IMG/VR virus record: IMGVR_UViG_3300010234_000034
Span: 1-35,204 of that record
Length of the DNA stretch: 35,204 nucleotides
Reading direction: 5' to 3' (one strand)
DNA from: a virus
Lineage: Duplodnaviria; Caudoviricetes
In this document: positions 8,477 to 18,809 of the stretch, in pieces
How positions within the stretch are numbered: position 1 is the first letter of the stretch
Layout of the letters: the number at the start of each line of letters is the position of its first letter
Notes under the pieces: generated by a model
What the model was told of the DNA's origin: nothing
What the model saw: the letters and a program-made list of their open reading frames with translations, nothing else
Database searches by the model: none
Translations under genes and position numbers: made by a program

Positions 8477-10165
8477 TTAAGCGTCTGCGTCCCTTACTTC
8501 TATTAAACTAAATCTTGCATTAACTATAGTATCAGCCTTGTCTGTGGTTACCTCTAACCAGAAACAAGACATTTCTCCTATAGGAAATGGTAATGGTGGA
8601 GACAGGTCTACATGGTTTTCTACCGCTGTATCTAAACTAATTCTAGCTACCTCGTACTTGGAATTAGATACTGCTGAATATACCCACGCTTTCAGAGTTA
8701 CTACTGGATTTGCTCCCGATTGTTTAAGAGAGGTAAGTGTAAGCCATTCTGCTATCGCTTGGTGGTTTACCTGTGTAAAGAATATGCACTGCTGTGATGT
8801 TCCTTCTCCTATTGGTATTTGTCCCTGAATAGTTGCATCTGTTGTTGCTGTAGCTGTGATAGTTCCTTCGTTTACCTTGCTAGTTCCTGAAACATATATA
8901 GCCATTCTGTTTACACCTAACCAAGTTTCAGTTGTTACTACTGGTGTAGTTCCGTTTAGTGTTACCACTACTGTTTGAGCCTCTCTGTTGGCATCTACTC
9001 CATAAATAATAATAGAGTTTGCTCCCGTGTCTGGTACTACTCCGTTATCGTCTACGTCAGTTGATACTACGGATAAAGTCCTAGCTGTAGTCATAGGTAC
9101 GAATGTTCCGCCCCAAGAAGCGACAACTTCTGTCCCTATGTCTATGTCGTTGTTATATCCAAACTTATTCCATAGTGTTGCTCCCTGTCTTCTACCAAGT
9201 GCTACTTCGTAATTATAGGAAGTAGGTCGTGTTACTGTTGCATCAAAATCTTGAGAAAGAGTAGAGTCAGACGGAGCATTTAGCTGTCCATAGTCTCCAA
9301 GTAAGGTTTGTAGTCTTAAATAGGTTTGATTGCTTGCACTTGTATTTGTGAACACCACTCTTGCATATTTTCTTGTTATCTTGAAAGCGTGGGGTGGTTC
9401 AATCTGTGTTGTTCTGTAGTATCTAGTTAGAGTTGAGTCTTGATTGACTCCATCTGGTGAGAATTGAACACTAAATGTTCCGTTTTGGTCTGTCTTTACT
9501 GCAACTGTTAGAGAAGCATACTTTGATACATCTTCCCATACACCAGTAAAGGCTATTCCTGCGTTTAGGAGTGTTGTTGTTGAGTTATCAGATGATACTG
9601 TACCTGCTAGAGATGGGTCTATAGTATCTCCTGCTGTATTAACTACCTGTGTTTTCTGTGAGCCATCTGTTTGAGCATCTGATGTAGCAGGATTGATAAC
9701 AACTCCAGCCACATTCCTTGTCCATATCTTGCTTGGGCCTACAGCACCACCCTTGTATGAGTCGGGTTTATCTTTTATTCCCTGACTTACAATAAGAAGT
9801 TCGTTTAATCTTTTCTCTAGTCCTGAGAAGTCTACTGGCATTGGCTTATTCCCCTGAATAGACCTTAATATCTCTAGCATTTCAGAGTTATCTGGTCGCA
9901 TGTTTGATACTAGATCCGCTAGTAGTGTTTCAAGTCTATCTGTGTTCGGTATATCGTCTTTTTTACTCTCAATAAGTGTTTTTATGGCGTTTTCAAGCCC
10001 AGAGAAGTCAATTTGAGGTATATTTACCTCGATTTCAGGCATTTCCACCTTAATATCTGGTGAACTAAGCAATTCTAGGTCAAACTTCTCGGGTATTTGA
10101 ATACCAGCAATAGCTTTTTCTATCTCTACCTTGATTATTTCTTTTATTTCTTTGATTAAATCCAT
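8477..10165 (-). CDS. Putative virion structural protein (helical N-terminus, beta-rich C-terminus)
   Basis: 562-aa ORF in the tail module; Thr/Val-rich beta-like C-terminal two thirds. Confidence 0.6.
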   Translation of the reverse strand: MDLIKEIKEIIKVEIEKAIAGIQIPEKFDLELLSSPDIKVEMPEIEVNIPQIDFSGLENAIKTLIESKKDDIPNTDRLETLLADLVSNMRPDNSEMLEILRSIQGNKPMPVDFSGLEKRLNELLIVSQGIKDKPDSYKGGAVGPSKIWTRNVAGVVINPATSDAQTDGSQKTQVVNTAGDTIDPSLAGTVSSDNSTTTLLNAGIAFTGVWEDVSKYASLTVAVKTDQNGTFSVQFSPDGVNQDSTLTRYYRTTQIEPPHAFKITRKYARVVFTNTSASNQTYLRLQTLLGDYGQLNAPSDSTLSQDFDATVTRPTSYNYEVALGRRQGATLWNKFGYNNDIDIGTEVVASWGGTFVPMTTARTLSVVSTDVDDNGVVPDTGANSIIIYGVDANREAQTVVVTLNGTTPVVTTETWLGVNRMAIYVSGTSKVNEGTITATATTDATIQGQIPIGEGTSQQCIFFTQVNHQAIAEWLTLTSLKQSGANPVVTLKAWVYSAVSNSKYEVARISLDTAVENHVDLSPPLPFPIGEMSCFWLEVTTDKADTIVNARFSLIEVRDADA

Positions 10166-12393
10166 TATTTGTTTGCTTTATTCCAGATGTCTGTTAGTTG
10201 GGATTTGGTTTTGATTATATCGCTAGATAGAATACGGATTTCTGATTCTGATGGAATACCAAAACTACTTATATCAACAGCTTTCTTGTTTTTAATTCTT
10301 GCAATTTCACCAAGTTCTGTAACCAACCTTTCAAACGGTTTTATGTTTTCATTTTCCAAACCTACTTTTACCATGTCTATATTTTCATCTATGATTGATT
10401 TAATATATTTTTTTGTACTTGCATCCAGTTCGTTGTATCTCAGTATGTCTTTATTATCTACAAATCCTTCAATGATTTTTCCCTTGTTACCATAAACTTC
10501 TGCAATTTTTTGGTCGGTTGTAAATGATTTTCCAATACCTGCACTTTTTTCTGCTGATATAGTGGGTTCTCCTCTAAAAACAGGTGTCCCCTGCGCCTCC
10601 ACAAACTCCTCTGCACTCTTATACTTCTTAGCTTCTGATACCAAGTCGTCTCCTATATTTAGTTGTTCAGGGATTACGCCCTTGTTAAAAGACGGTTGTG
10701 CTGCCTCTTTCAGTATCGTCTCCTCATCTAAGAACTTTCTTTGTAGATAATCTCCGAGGATATTCATAGCACCCTTAGGATCACCAGACAAAGCTCTCAA
10801 GGCATCAAATCCAGCACTTGTTATTTCTTGTCTAAACAAGTTCTTGGTATTTTTATTGCCCAGCAAGTCTGTAACTACAGTCATCAGCGTTGCATCATTC
10901 ATTAGGTCAATTCCAGTAAGTTCTTTTACTGTTGCGATTATCTTTCGTGCATCTCCACCTCTTCCTGACAGGACAAGCCTTAGTAGGTATTCACCCCCAG
11001 CTTTTCGCCCTGTGTAAGACTCTAGTGTTGCTAGTGCGTCCATAAACTCTGAGTATTTCGCTAGATCTCCAGCTCCTGTTTTGCCCACCAGTGTGGAAGC
11101 CTCATCTGCCAACGATGACCTGAAACTTCGTGAGAATGGATCTACTGAGTTTGATGCCTCTCTAGCACCCTTTGCGAAGTTTATCTTTCCGTCTACCAAT
11201 GACCGCAAGTCAATCATATTTCTTAGTGTCGGGGATTGTTTGAATTTCAAAAACTCTGCATATAAATCATTTAATACTTTTATGTCTCCAGCCGCCCCAG
11301 TTTTCGCAATAGTACCTGGTTTTTGAACAACTTGCCCATTTCTTATTGTGAGATTCAGTTTTTCAAGACCTTCCTTAAACGTGTTGTCTACAGCCTGAAC
11401 AGACGTTGACGGGGCTTTAACTGTCGCTAGTTTCTGTCGTGTCTGTCCAATAGCTGAACCTGTTTCATTATTTATTCTATACAATTCATCTACAGCAGAT
11501 TGAACCCTTTGTCCACCGAACTCATAAGGAGTAGGTACTGTGTCATCTAGGTTTCGTGCATTTACCACATCAATATATTGCTGTAGGTTCTCTGGCCCCG
11601 CCTCTTTTATTCGCTTCTTAATATCTGGTGTAAGCCCGATAAACTTCTCTCTTATACTTGGCTGTACAGCACCCTGTTCTGCAAGTTCCCTTATTGCTGA
11701 TGGTGAGTCTTTAAGTGCTTGGTCTGCCAAGTCTATAGCATCGTCCACCGATTTAGCTGGTCTCGTAAAGAGACTCTGTACCTTTTTAACCCCAGATTCA
11801 GCACCCTCTTTCGCTGTTTGTAGTCCAGTCTTAAAGGCTGGTGCAACAACTTTCTTTGCCCTACCAAGTCCAGTGATTTCAAGGAGACCCTCCCCAAATC
11901 CTGCAATGTTTCGTGCTTGTCTCTGTATACCCTCTGGCAGTGAATTAAAGAAATTAACAACATCCTTTACATTCTCTGATTGAGCAACCTTCCCCGCTAT
12001 TCCCTCAACTCCCGTTTTTATCTTTTCTTCTGTTTCTTGACCTAGGGCTACTTTACCTGCACCAACAACAACCTCCCCGAATGCTCTTGATCCACCTCTG
12101 AAGAATGAAGCTCCAATTTCTGTTGCCCTTTCCAGCGGGTCTACTAGCCGATCAAGAGCTGTCTGTGGTTCGGGTCTTGTAAGAGTTTCGCGTATCCTTT
12201 CCCCTTCCTCCCTGAAAGTACTTCCAACACCCTCAAAAGTCTCTTTTATATCTCCAAGAGTTTCTCTTATTCTTCCTGGCTTATTGTTGGCAAATTCATT
12301 TCTGTATTGAGAAATCGCCCTCATTCTTTCGAGGTCGCTCTTACCTTGTGATATTCCAAAAGCGTCTATTTCTCTTTCTTTATTACTGAGCAT
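10165..12393 (-). CDS. Internal virion/ejection protein with C-terminal ADP-ribosyltransferase-like domain
   Basis: Helical protein at the ejection-gene position; C-terminal VFRG...SFTT...ESEI (R-S-E) motifs; start taken at ATG 12393, overlapping the end of the upstream gene. Confidence 0.62.
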   Translation of the reverse strand: MLSNKEREIDAFGISQGKSDLERMRAISQYRNEFANNKPGRIRETLGDIKETFEGVGSTFREEGERIRETLTRPEPQTALDRLVDPLERATEIGASFFRGGSRAFGEVVVGAGKVALGQETEEKIKTGVEGIAGKVAQSENVKDVVNFFNSLPEGIQRQARNIAGFGEGLLEITGLGRAKKVVAPAFKTGLQTAKEGAESGVKKVQSLFTRPAKSVDDAIDLADQALKDSPSAIRELAEQGAVQPSIREKFIGLTPDIKKRIKEAGPENLQQYIDVVNARNLDDTVPTPYEFGGQRVQSAVDELYRINNETGSAIGQTRQKLATVKAPSTSVQAVDNTFKEGLEKLNLTIRNGQVVQKPGTIAKTGAAGDIKVLNDLYAEFLKFKQSPTLRNMIDLRSLVDGKINFAKGAREASNSVDPFSRSFRSSLADEASTLVGKTGAGDLAKYSEFMDALATLESYTGRKAGGEYLLRLVLSGRGGDARKIIATVKELTGIDLMNDATLMTVVTDLLGNKNTKNLFRQEITSAGFDALRALSGDPKGAMNILGDYLQRKFLDEETILKEAAQPSFNKGVIPEQLNIGDDLVSEAKKYKSAEEFVEAQGTPVFRGEPTISAEKSAGIGKSFTTDQKIAEVYGNKGKIIEGFVDNKDILRYNELDASTKKYIKSIIDENIDMVKVGLENENIKPFERLVTELGEIARIKNKKAVDISSFGIPSESEIRILSSDIIKTKSQLTDIWNKANK

Positions 12394-13831
12394 AATATTT
12401 TGAAGGATTAAATCCATTAGTTGTTTGTCCACCAATACCCATCTCTAACATATCTTCGGCACTAAGACCCATTGCAGAACCCACATCTATTGGATCTATA
12501 ACACCTAGATTTAATGCCTTTGCAAATGTTGGCTCTAATAAGTCTGCTATTTTTTGAAGCTCTGCTGTGTACTCGCTTTCGGGTAAATCAAGAGATAGTT
12601 TTGATGTTGAGTCTTCGATAAGTCCAAGTTCCCTGTCGGACATCGCTCCCAATCCCTTCAATGCACTCAAGTTTTCTCTTGTAAGACCTTTCTTTAACTG
12701 TTCGTGGGTTTTATTGAAGTCTCTTGTGGCAAATCCTGGGAGAGTTGGGAGTATTGAAGTAAATCCTGTTGCTAACTTTAGCTTTTTATGAGTTCTAAGG
12801 TCTGTTATAAGACCCTGAACAGACAGCGCACTCTGTGCCTCTAGTTTTGTAGCCTCCGCCTCCTCGATTCCCTTAACCGTAGACTCTTGTGCCAGTAGTG
12901 CGGCTTTCAGTCGTAGCTCCTCTTTTCGTGTATCAATCTGGTTTCGTAGGTTTTCTACCTGTAAATCTTTCATTAACTGATCGGCTTGTCTGTTTGTTCT
13001 GGCTATTTCAGACATGTGTGGGGCTGCTATTCTCATGGCTTCATCAATGCTTTGTGCCAAATTTATCTTTTCAGCCACCCCCGTTGGTAATCCCATCTCT
13101 ATCGCCTTGAGAGCGAAGTTTCGTCTAGCTGTTTCATCATTTATAGAACTCTCTATTGCCCTCTCCCTATCCTGCAAAGCTAGTTCTGTCTTCAACGCTC
13201 GTTTCTTATCAGCTAGTGTGAATGCTGGTGAGTCTTTTATTACTTGTAGATTAGCTTGTGCAACAGCTAGTTGTTCCTTTATTGGGTCAAATCTCTGTGC
13301 TACAGCCCTGTCTGCAAGGTTTTGAGCTAGTTCTATGTTACCTCTTACCGCTTCAAGCTGTGAGGCTACACCAAGAGACTTTATGGCGTTTTCTCTTAGT
13401 CGTCCTGTTTGTATTGGTGCCACTCCACCCGCCGTTCTACCCCTACCAATAGATTCTTGTTGTATCTGTAGCGGAATTGCTTGTGATTCTTTAATTAGTC
13501 CACTTAACTGTGATGTAAGTGCATTTTGTTGTTTTAGTGATTCTGGCAACCCAAGACCCTCCTCTGTGGCAGTTCTTACAGCAGATTGTCCTAGTAGTTG
13601 CTCGTTTAGGGTTTGTATTTGTTTTGAAAAGCCTTGTGCCTCAACCTCTGGCTGAGTTGCTTGTATTTCAGGTATCTCCAACGAATCAACTGGGAATACT
13701 GGTGATTCTTGAGACCTATTAAAATTAACAGACGGTGCTTCTTTCAGCATTTCACCTGTAATAACATCAACCTGACCTCCAGTTGGTGTTCCATCTTGTT
13801 GTATTATGTTCCCTTCTTTATCTACTGCCAT
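12383..13831 (-). CDS. Internal virion/ejection (DNA delivery) protein
   Basis: Gln/Ala/Leu-rich coiled coil; GLGAMSDRELGLI motif; position after the nozzle gene. Confidence 0.62.
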   Translation of the reverse strand: MAVDKEGNIIQQDGTPTGGQVDVITGEMLKEAPSVNFNRSQESPVFPVDSLEIPEIQATQPEVEAQGFSKQIQTLNEQLLGQSAVRTATEEGLGLPESLKQQNALTSQLSGLIKESQAIPLQIQQESIGRGRTAGGVAPIQTGRLRENAIKSLGVASQLEAVRGNIELAQNLADRAVAQRFDPIKEQLAVAQANLQVIKDSPAFTLADKKRALKTELALQDRERAIESSINDETARRNFALKAIEMGLPTGVAEKINLAQSIDEAMRIAAPHMSEIARTNRQADQLMKDLQVENLRNQIDTRKEELRLKAALLAQESTVKGIEEAEATKLEAQSALSVQGLITDLRTHKKLKLATGFTSILPTLPGFATRDFNKTHEQLKKGLTRENLSALKGLGAMSDRELGLIEDSTSKLSLDLPESEYTAELQKIADLLEPTFAKALNLGVIDPIDVGSAMGLSAEDMLEMGIGGQTTNGFNPSKYYAQ

Positions 13832-13832
13832 A

Positions 13833-14144
13833 TTATGATGCGATTAGTCCAAGCTCTTCGAGTCTTGTAATTATTAAATTTATCTTTGCCCTTGCTGTTC
13901 CATCTTCTGCTGAACCTGTCTGTGCTACAGGAGAAAGCCCTACAGGTTGATCTACTGGTGTTACCCCATAAAATCCTAGCTTCTGGTCTGATGCCGTTCC
14001 AATCTTTGTTCCATTCTTTCGCCCAGCGGAAATATTCCTACCGTCCTCCATTTGAAGTGTCTTGTATACAGTAAAGCGGTCAGACTTCTCTAACTTGTCC
14101 AGTCGTCCCTGTAATTCTTGTATCTGTAATTCTAATGGATTCAT
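13833..14144 (-). CDS. Small virion protein
   Basis: QKLGFYGVTPVDQP...LEELGLIA motif like those of head-fibre-type proteins; ATGA/TAATATG coupling. Confidence 0.55.
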   Translation of the reverse strand: MNPLELQIQELQGRLDKLEKSDRFTVYKTLQMEDGRNISAGRKNGTKIGTASDQKLGFYGVTPVDQPVGLSPVAQTGSAEDGTARAKINLIITRLEELGLIAS

Positions 14145-15652
14145 ACTTCTGTGTCGATTAGTGAATACTTATATGTAAATGCGGTTATAACAGCGCCTCC
14201 AGTTGATTCCAGTTTGAACTCATATTCTGAACCTGCTACAAAATTTGGATCTGTACCTGGAGCTGTCTTTTCAAAATACAATGAGTCATCTATTGAAGCT
14301 GTGCCTATCTCCACCCACGCTCCGCCATCTACCCTGTAATACATTACAACAGTGTCTCCTGATGCTAACTTCTCATAGCTAACCCTTGCTGATAGGAGTT
14401 GTTTTTCGCCATCTCTGTGATCTGCGGGCATTTGTGGGTTGATTGTTGTCTCGTATACCCCAGTTGTATAGGCTTCACTCTCATTTGTCTTAGAGAGTGC
14501 CCATGTTGAGTTGTCTATGTAAGACTGAAATACGAAGTCATTTAATATATAAAACCCACTAGGAATACCTGTTGTTAGTGCCGTTGTGTTATTCGGTGTG
14601 TATTCCTGTGTTACGGCAAAGCCTGAGTCAGTTGGATTTATGCTCCATATACCATCTCTAAGCGTCCCATCTACCGTTCCGTACATTTGGAAATATATTC
14701 GTCCATTAGCTTTTCTTCTCATGTTAGGAAGATTGATAGAACTAACGGGGAATCTTTGGAATTCTTTTGGTCCACTTGATGTTAAATATCTAAATGAAAC
14801 GTAGTCGTCTAGTGCTGTAACAACCCCCGCTTTTGTTGAAGCTCCGACAAGGAAGCCTCCAAGCTCTTCTATAAAGAGGAGTTTTTCATTACCCCATGAG
14901 TGCTTCTCTGAGAATATAGTTAAAGATGTGTCTCTGTCCCATAGGTAAACATTAGATTTTACTGATTGATTTGAAAGTGAAGTTGTTGCTATCGCTATAA
15001 AGTTTCCATATTCACAAATAGCCTCTATTCGCTCATTGGCAGACACGGCACAAGCGACATTCGTCCATGACCCATTGTCATTCTTAGCAATATTGTTGTC
15101 GTAAGGTATATATAAAATGTCATCGACTGAATGAACCAACCCTTCCCTAACTGTTGTAAATGATATTTGGGTTGTTGAAGCTCTCTCGTCCCAAGCTGTT
15201 CCAGTTGGAGAGAATGCCATTATGTCGTTGGTCTTTGCACAGAATATAAGTCCTACCTTCTCATAGTAAGTAAACAAATCAAACTTAGCCGCACCAGTTG
15301 ATGATTGGTTATTTGACGGTGTAGCCCACCCATCGTCCCCTAAATCGTTAGTTGCGCCTGTTGTTGTGATGATTTTTCTAAGAACCTCCGCCCTACTATT
15401 AGCAGACTGCTTCCCCAGCGAATACAGGTTGTAATCACCGCTCCCATCTTTAGCTATAGCAAAGTTCTGTTTCTGGCTAGTTGCAGCTGAATCATCTCCG
15501 CTTTCACTAGCGAAGCGAGGTCTAATCTTGTAGGGATAGCTAAACAGATCCATGTTTGATGTTCCACGACAAACAGCTTCTCGGGGATCTCGTGGATCTC
15601 CTACCATTCCTCCGTTGAATCTATCTATTTTTGTCTTGAATACTTTTGCCAT
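14141..15652 (-). CDS. Tail nozzle/stabilisation protein (P22 gp10 / T7 gp12-like beta-propeller)
   Basis: N-terminal FNGGM motif; about 500 aa all-beta with repeated Trp/Asp blades; synteny. Confidence 0.62.
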   Translation of the reverse strand: MAKVFKTKIDRFNGGMVGDPRDPREAVCRGTSNMDLFSYPYKIRPRFASESGDDSAATSQKQNFAIAKDGSGDYNLYSLGKQSANSRAEVLRKIITTTGATNDLGDDGWATPSNNQSSTGAAKFDLFTYYEKVGLIFCAKTNDIMAFSPTGTAWDERASTTQISFTTVREGLVHSVDDILYIPYDNNIAKNDNGSWTNVACAVSANERIEAICEYGNFIAIATTSLSNQSVKSNVYLWDRDTSLTIFSEKHSWGNEKLLFIEELGGFLVGASTKAGVVTALDDYVSFRYLTSSGPKEFQRFPVSSINLPNMRRKANGRIYFQMYGTVDGTLRDGIWSINPTDSGFAVTQEYTPNNTTALTTGIPSGFYILNDFVFQSYIDNSTWALSKTNESEAYTTGVYETTINPQMPADHRDGEKQLLSARVSYEKLASGDTVVMYYRVDGGAWVEIGTASIDDSLYFEKTAPGTDPNFVAGSEYEFKLESTGGAVITAFTYKYSLIDTEV

Positions 15653-15655
15653 ATT

Positions 15656-16888
15656 TTATTGATACCATTCTACGATTACTATACCCGCTGTTCCTGAACC
15701 ACCAGCCGTGTCTGAGTTAGAAGCCGTTGCTCCAGCACCGCCTGAACCATACCCCGATGCACTAGCTCCCGCTCCAGCGCTTGATGCTATTGTGTCTATA
15801 CCTCCATTTCCTAGTGGAGAACTACCACCACCACAACCAAATGTTGTGATTGCGTTATAACATCTATGTCCTGTCTCTCCAGTAACACCAACGTCAGCAT
15901 TTGTAGTTCCACCTCCAGCGCCACCACTCGCAACTGCACTTGCAGATGCTTGTGGGCCTCCAGTACCACCACTTGCCGTTACGGTTACGTCCCCAGCAAA
16001 GATTGAATCTCCTCCGTTTGCACCTGCCTCAGATGAAACTCCTGCACCCAAAGCTCCCACCGTTACGGTTACGTTTCCAGATACCGACACTATGGCTTCG
16101 GCATATCCTCCTGCGCCACCGCCACCACCAGCATCATTGGCATCTCCAGAGTCGGTTCCACCTCCTCCCCCGCCTCCTCCGACAAGCCTAACCTTGACCT
16201 TGTCTACTCCAGCAGGTTTTACCCATGTTCCTGAAGTTGTGAATACTGTTGATGTGGCTATTGGTGATGTGAATGTTATATACCCAGTCGGGCTTACGGC
16301 CATTGTTGTTGTTGCTGTAGGTAATGAACTAGGTGTGTTTAGTGATAACCCATTTAATATAAAAGGATTTGCTACCGTTGATGATGCTACTAGGTTTTTA
16401 ACCCCAAATGATGTTCCCGTAAAGTTGTAGTCCGCTGTTTCGTCTACAGATTGTGTAGACCATGCTGGAACACCCCCTGTAACGGTCAAAACTTGGTTAG
16501 ATGAGCCTATTCCTAGCTTACTCAGGGTATTAGACCCAGAAGCATAAAGAATGTCTCCTGTGGTATATGAGGTTTGTGCGGTTCCTCCGTACACCTCGCC
16601 AACAGCCGTTGCATTCCATGTTCCAGTTGTGATAGTTCCAACCCCAGTAAGCAATGACATTGTTGTTGTTGCTTGTAGTGCCTCTAAATCTGTATTTATA
16701 TTAGAAAAGTTTGTGTTTATAACCCCTCGTGAGTTTTTAAGAGTGTCTGAGCCCTGAATTGTTGTAACCGTTGCTCCAAAAGTGTCATCTCCGATTGAAA
16801 TTGAGTCTTGCGGTGCGTAATTATACAAACCAACAAAGCCAATTGCTGTTGCTACGAGTGTTATTGCAATATTTGTTAGTAAATTCAT
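15656..16888 (-). CDS. Gly-rich fibre/spike protein with N-terminal membrane anchor
   Basis: SRGVINTNFSNIN helix, GDILYASGSNTLSKLGIGS repeat, FTTSGTWVKPAGV...GGGGGGG...GIVIVEW Gly-rich domain. Confidence 0.75.
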   Translation of the reverse strand: MNLLTNIAITLVATAIGFVGLYNYAPQDSISIGDDTFGATVTTIQGSDTLKNSRGVINTNFSNINTDLEALQATTTMSLLTGVGTITTGTWNATAVGEVYGGTAQTSYTTGDILYASGSNTLSKLGIGSSNQVLTVTGGVPAWSTQSVDETADYNFTGTSFGVKNLVASSTVANPFILNGLSLNTPSSLPTATTTMAVSPTGYITFTSPIATSTVFTTSGTWVKPAGVDKVKVRLVGGGGGGGGTDSGDANDAGGGGGAGGYAEAIVSVSGNVTVTVGALGAGVSSEAGANGGDSIFAGDVTVTASGGTGGPQASASAVASGGAGGGTTNADVGVTGETGHRCYNAITTFGCGGGSSPLGNGGIDTIASSAGAGASASGYGSGGAGATASNSDTAGGSGTAGIVIVEWYQ

Positions 16889-17076
16889 TAGTTTGCTGGG
16901 TTATTAGTAATAGTTGCGGTGTTTATATCCTTGTTTGTAAGTGAATACGGGTTATCCCATGTTCCAGCTCCTTCTTCCCATGTAAATTCAGCCTCATCCC
17001 ATGTCAAAGACGTAGATCCTAGTTCTACGTTGGTTGGTGTTGCTGTATTTATTGCTTTATTGGTAACTGTTGCCAT
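16888..17076 (-). CDS. Small virion protein
   Basis: 62 aa; internal repeat TNKAINTAT/TNKDINTAT flanking TWDEAEFTWEE. Confidence 0.6.
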   Translation of the reverse strand: MATVTNKAINTATPTNVELGSTSLTWDEAEFTWEEGAGTWDNPYSLTNKDINTATITNNPAN

Positions 17077-17079
17077 GTT

Positions 17080-17832
17080 TTATATATATCTTATCTTTTT
17101 AGGTTTCATAACAGCCTTACTTGGGTAAGTTGTTGCTATAAAGTCTTCAAAATCCTCCTCTAACGGCTGTATTTCTGATTGGATTATGTTTAGTGTCGCA
17201 GAATCTGTCGGTCTTTGTACTGCAACGTATGATTTAGCTGCTCTCAACGCCAATAGCTCGTGGAATTGCTTAGGAATACCTGGCTTTGTTGTGTCATCTG
17301 CTGAAGTTCCTGTAACCGTAAACTCTGACTGTTCTCGTCCAAAGAATAGCTCTATACCAGCCGATACAGCGTAGTTTGGCTCTGGGTATAGGTAAATTCT
17401 ATTACCAGCCTCCAAGAAGTGTGTAGGCGTTCCTGAATTGTCTGAGTTAGGAGACATAACGTCTGGAACACGTGGATCACTCAATAACATGCGTTCTAGC
17501 TCTGTGTAGTCTGTTGCTGTTGCTGAATTTAATATTCTAACGTTTGTTACATTCAAAATAGCCTTTGTGTTGTCATCAGCTGTGATTTTGTAGTCCGCTT
17601 GTCCTGAAACGATATCTACACGTCCAATAGGTGCATCTGTGTGATTGTTATCGTCCCATCTTATTTGGTCTGAAAAAGACAATAACCTCGTTAGTAGCTT
17701 GTCAAAAGATACGTTGAGGTTGTTTATAATAGTTCTAAGAACGTCTCCTGAACTTCCATACGGTAATCGAGACCAGAACTCTACTCTCTGGACTAGACCG
17801 CTTTGATTTGTTGTGTCTGATAGCTGTGCCAT
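17080..17832 (-). CDS. Head-tail adaptor (gatekeeper)-like protein
   Basis: Directly after the capsid gene; IVSGQADY, IYLYPEP and PGIPKQFHELL motifs typical of podoviral adaptors. Confidence 0.65.
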   Translation of the reverse strand: MAQLSDTTNQSGLVQRVEFWSRLPYGSSGDVLRTIINNLNVSFDKLLTRLLSFSDQIRWDDNNHTDAPIGRVDIVSGQADYKITADDNTKAILNVTNVRILNSATATDYTELERMLLSDPRVPDVMSPNSDNSGTPTHFLEAGNRIYLYPEPNYAVSAGIELFFGREQSEFTVTGTSADDTTKPGIPKQFHELLALRAAKSYVAVQRPTDSATLNIIQSEIQPLEEDFEDFIATTYPSKAVMKPKKIRYI

Positions 17833-17861
17833 TATTTAACGATTATCTATTAACTCCCATA

Positions 17862-17886
17862 ATCCCACCCCCAGAAGGGGCAGAAT
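17862..17886 (-). terminator. Stem-loop downstream of the major capsid gene
   Basis: ATTCTGCCCC-TTCTG-GGGGTGGGAT with G-U pairs on the minus strand; weak U tract. Confidence 0.45.
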
Positions 17887-17893
17887 ATAAGAA

Positions 17894-18769
17894 CTACGCT
17901 ACGTTCACGTCAAATACTAGGCCAACTTGGCTTGTAGGTGTTAGGTGTCCGATATCTACTCGAGAGTAGTATGCGTTACCTGAGAAGAACGTATTTGAAT
18001 CCGCTGCTGGGAATTCAATAACGTGTGCTCGTCCATAAGTACCTCGTAGGATACCTAGTCTTTCTACTTTCTTAACTCCAGCGAACACGTGGTTTGCTGT
18101 GTGGTCATTTGACCAGTAGTGATCAACTCCAAGGTAGTGTAGACCTTCTACTGTTCCTTCCTTTAGAGCTTGGTCTGCTGTTGCGAAACCGTTAGCTTGT
18201 ACGAATGCTTCCAATAGTTCAAAATCGGCTGCTCTCCATACGAATCCAACTCCGTTTCTGTTCATCATAGTTTGTCCGTTTGCTTCTCGTATTTCTCTCT
18301 TAACACCACGGATGATGTCGTCGATGTTTGAAGCTGAAACTGTGATTGCGTCTGTTGCAGCACCTCCGCCTCCTATTGAAGCTGTTCCGAAGTCTGTCCA
18401 AGATGCGTGTCGTGCAAGAACTGCTGATTCGATGTACTCGTTTAGAAGTGCTCCGATTCGGTCAAACAATTCAGCTGGCTTTGTCCAAGGTGATTGTGCA
18501 AGGTCTCCCAAGTCAACCAATAGTCCAAGGTCTCGTCCTGTTGAAATTGTTAGTGTTTCTGCAGTTTCTGCAAATGTTTGTAATGCTAGTCCTGTTCCTC
18601 GTGTAACAGTTGTTACAGAAGGTGTTGTTGACATGTATGAACTTGAGATAACTCTTGTATCTGTGTAAGTTACATCACACATCTCTTTCCATGTTTGTGG
18701 GTGATCCAGTCTATCCTGAAGCACATCCTCAAACATTGTCTCGTAAGTAATTGTGTTAGCTACTGACAT
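17894..18769 (-). CDS. Major capsid protein (HK97 fold, P22-coat-like)
   Basis: 291 aa after the scaffold gene; size, composition and EGLHYLGVDHYWSN pattern fit. Confidence 0.78.
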   Translation of the reverse strand: MSVANTITYETMFEDVLQDRLDHPQTWKEMCDVTYTDTRVISSSYMSTTPSVTTVTRGTGLALQTFAETAETLTISTGRDLGLLVDLGDLAQSPWTKPAELFDRIGALLNEYIESAVLARHASWTDFGTASIGGGGAATDAITVSASNIDDIIRGVKREIREANGQTMMNRNGVGFVWRAADFELLEAFVQANGFATADQALKEGTVEGLHYLGVDHYWSNDHTANHVFAGVKKVERLGILRGTYGRAHVIEFPAADSNTFFSGNAYYSRVDIGHLTPTSQVGLVFDVNVA

Positions 18770-18809
18770 AATAAGTTTGAATAATGCTGATAATCCAAAC
18801 TAATTTAAT

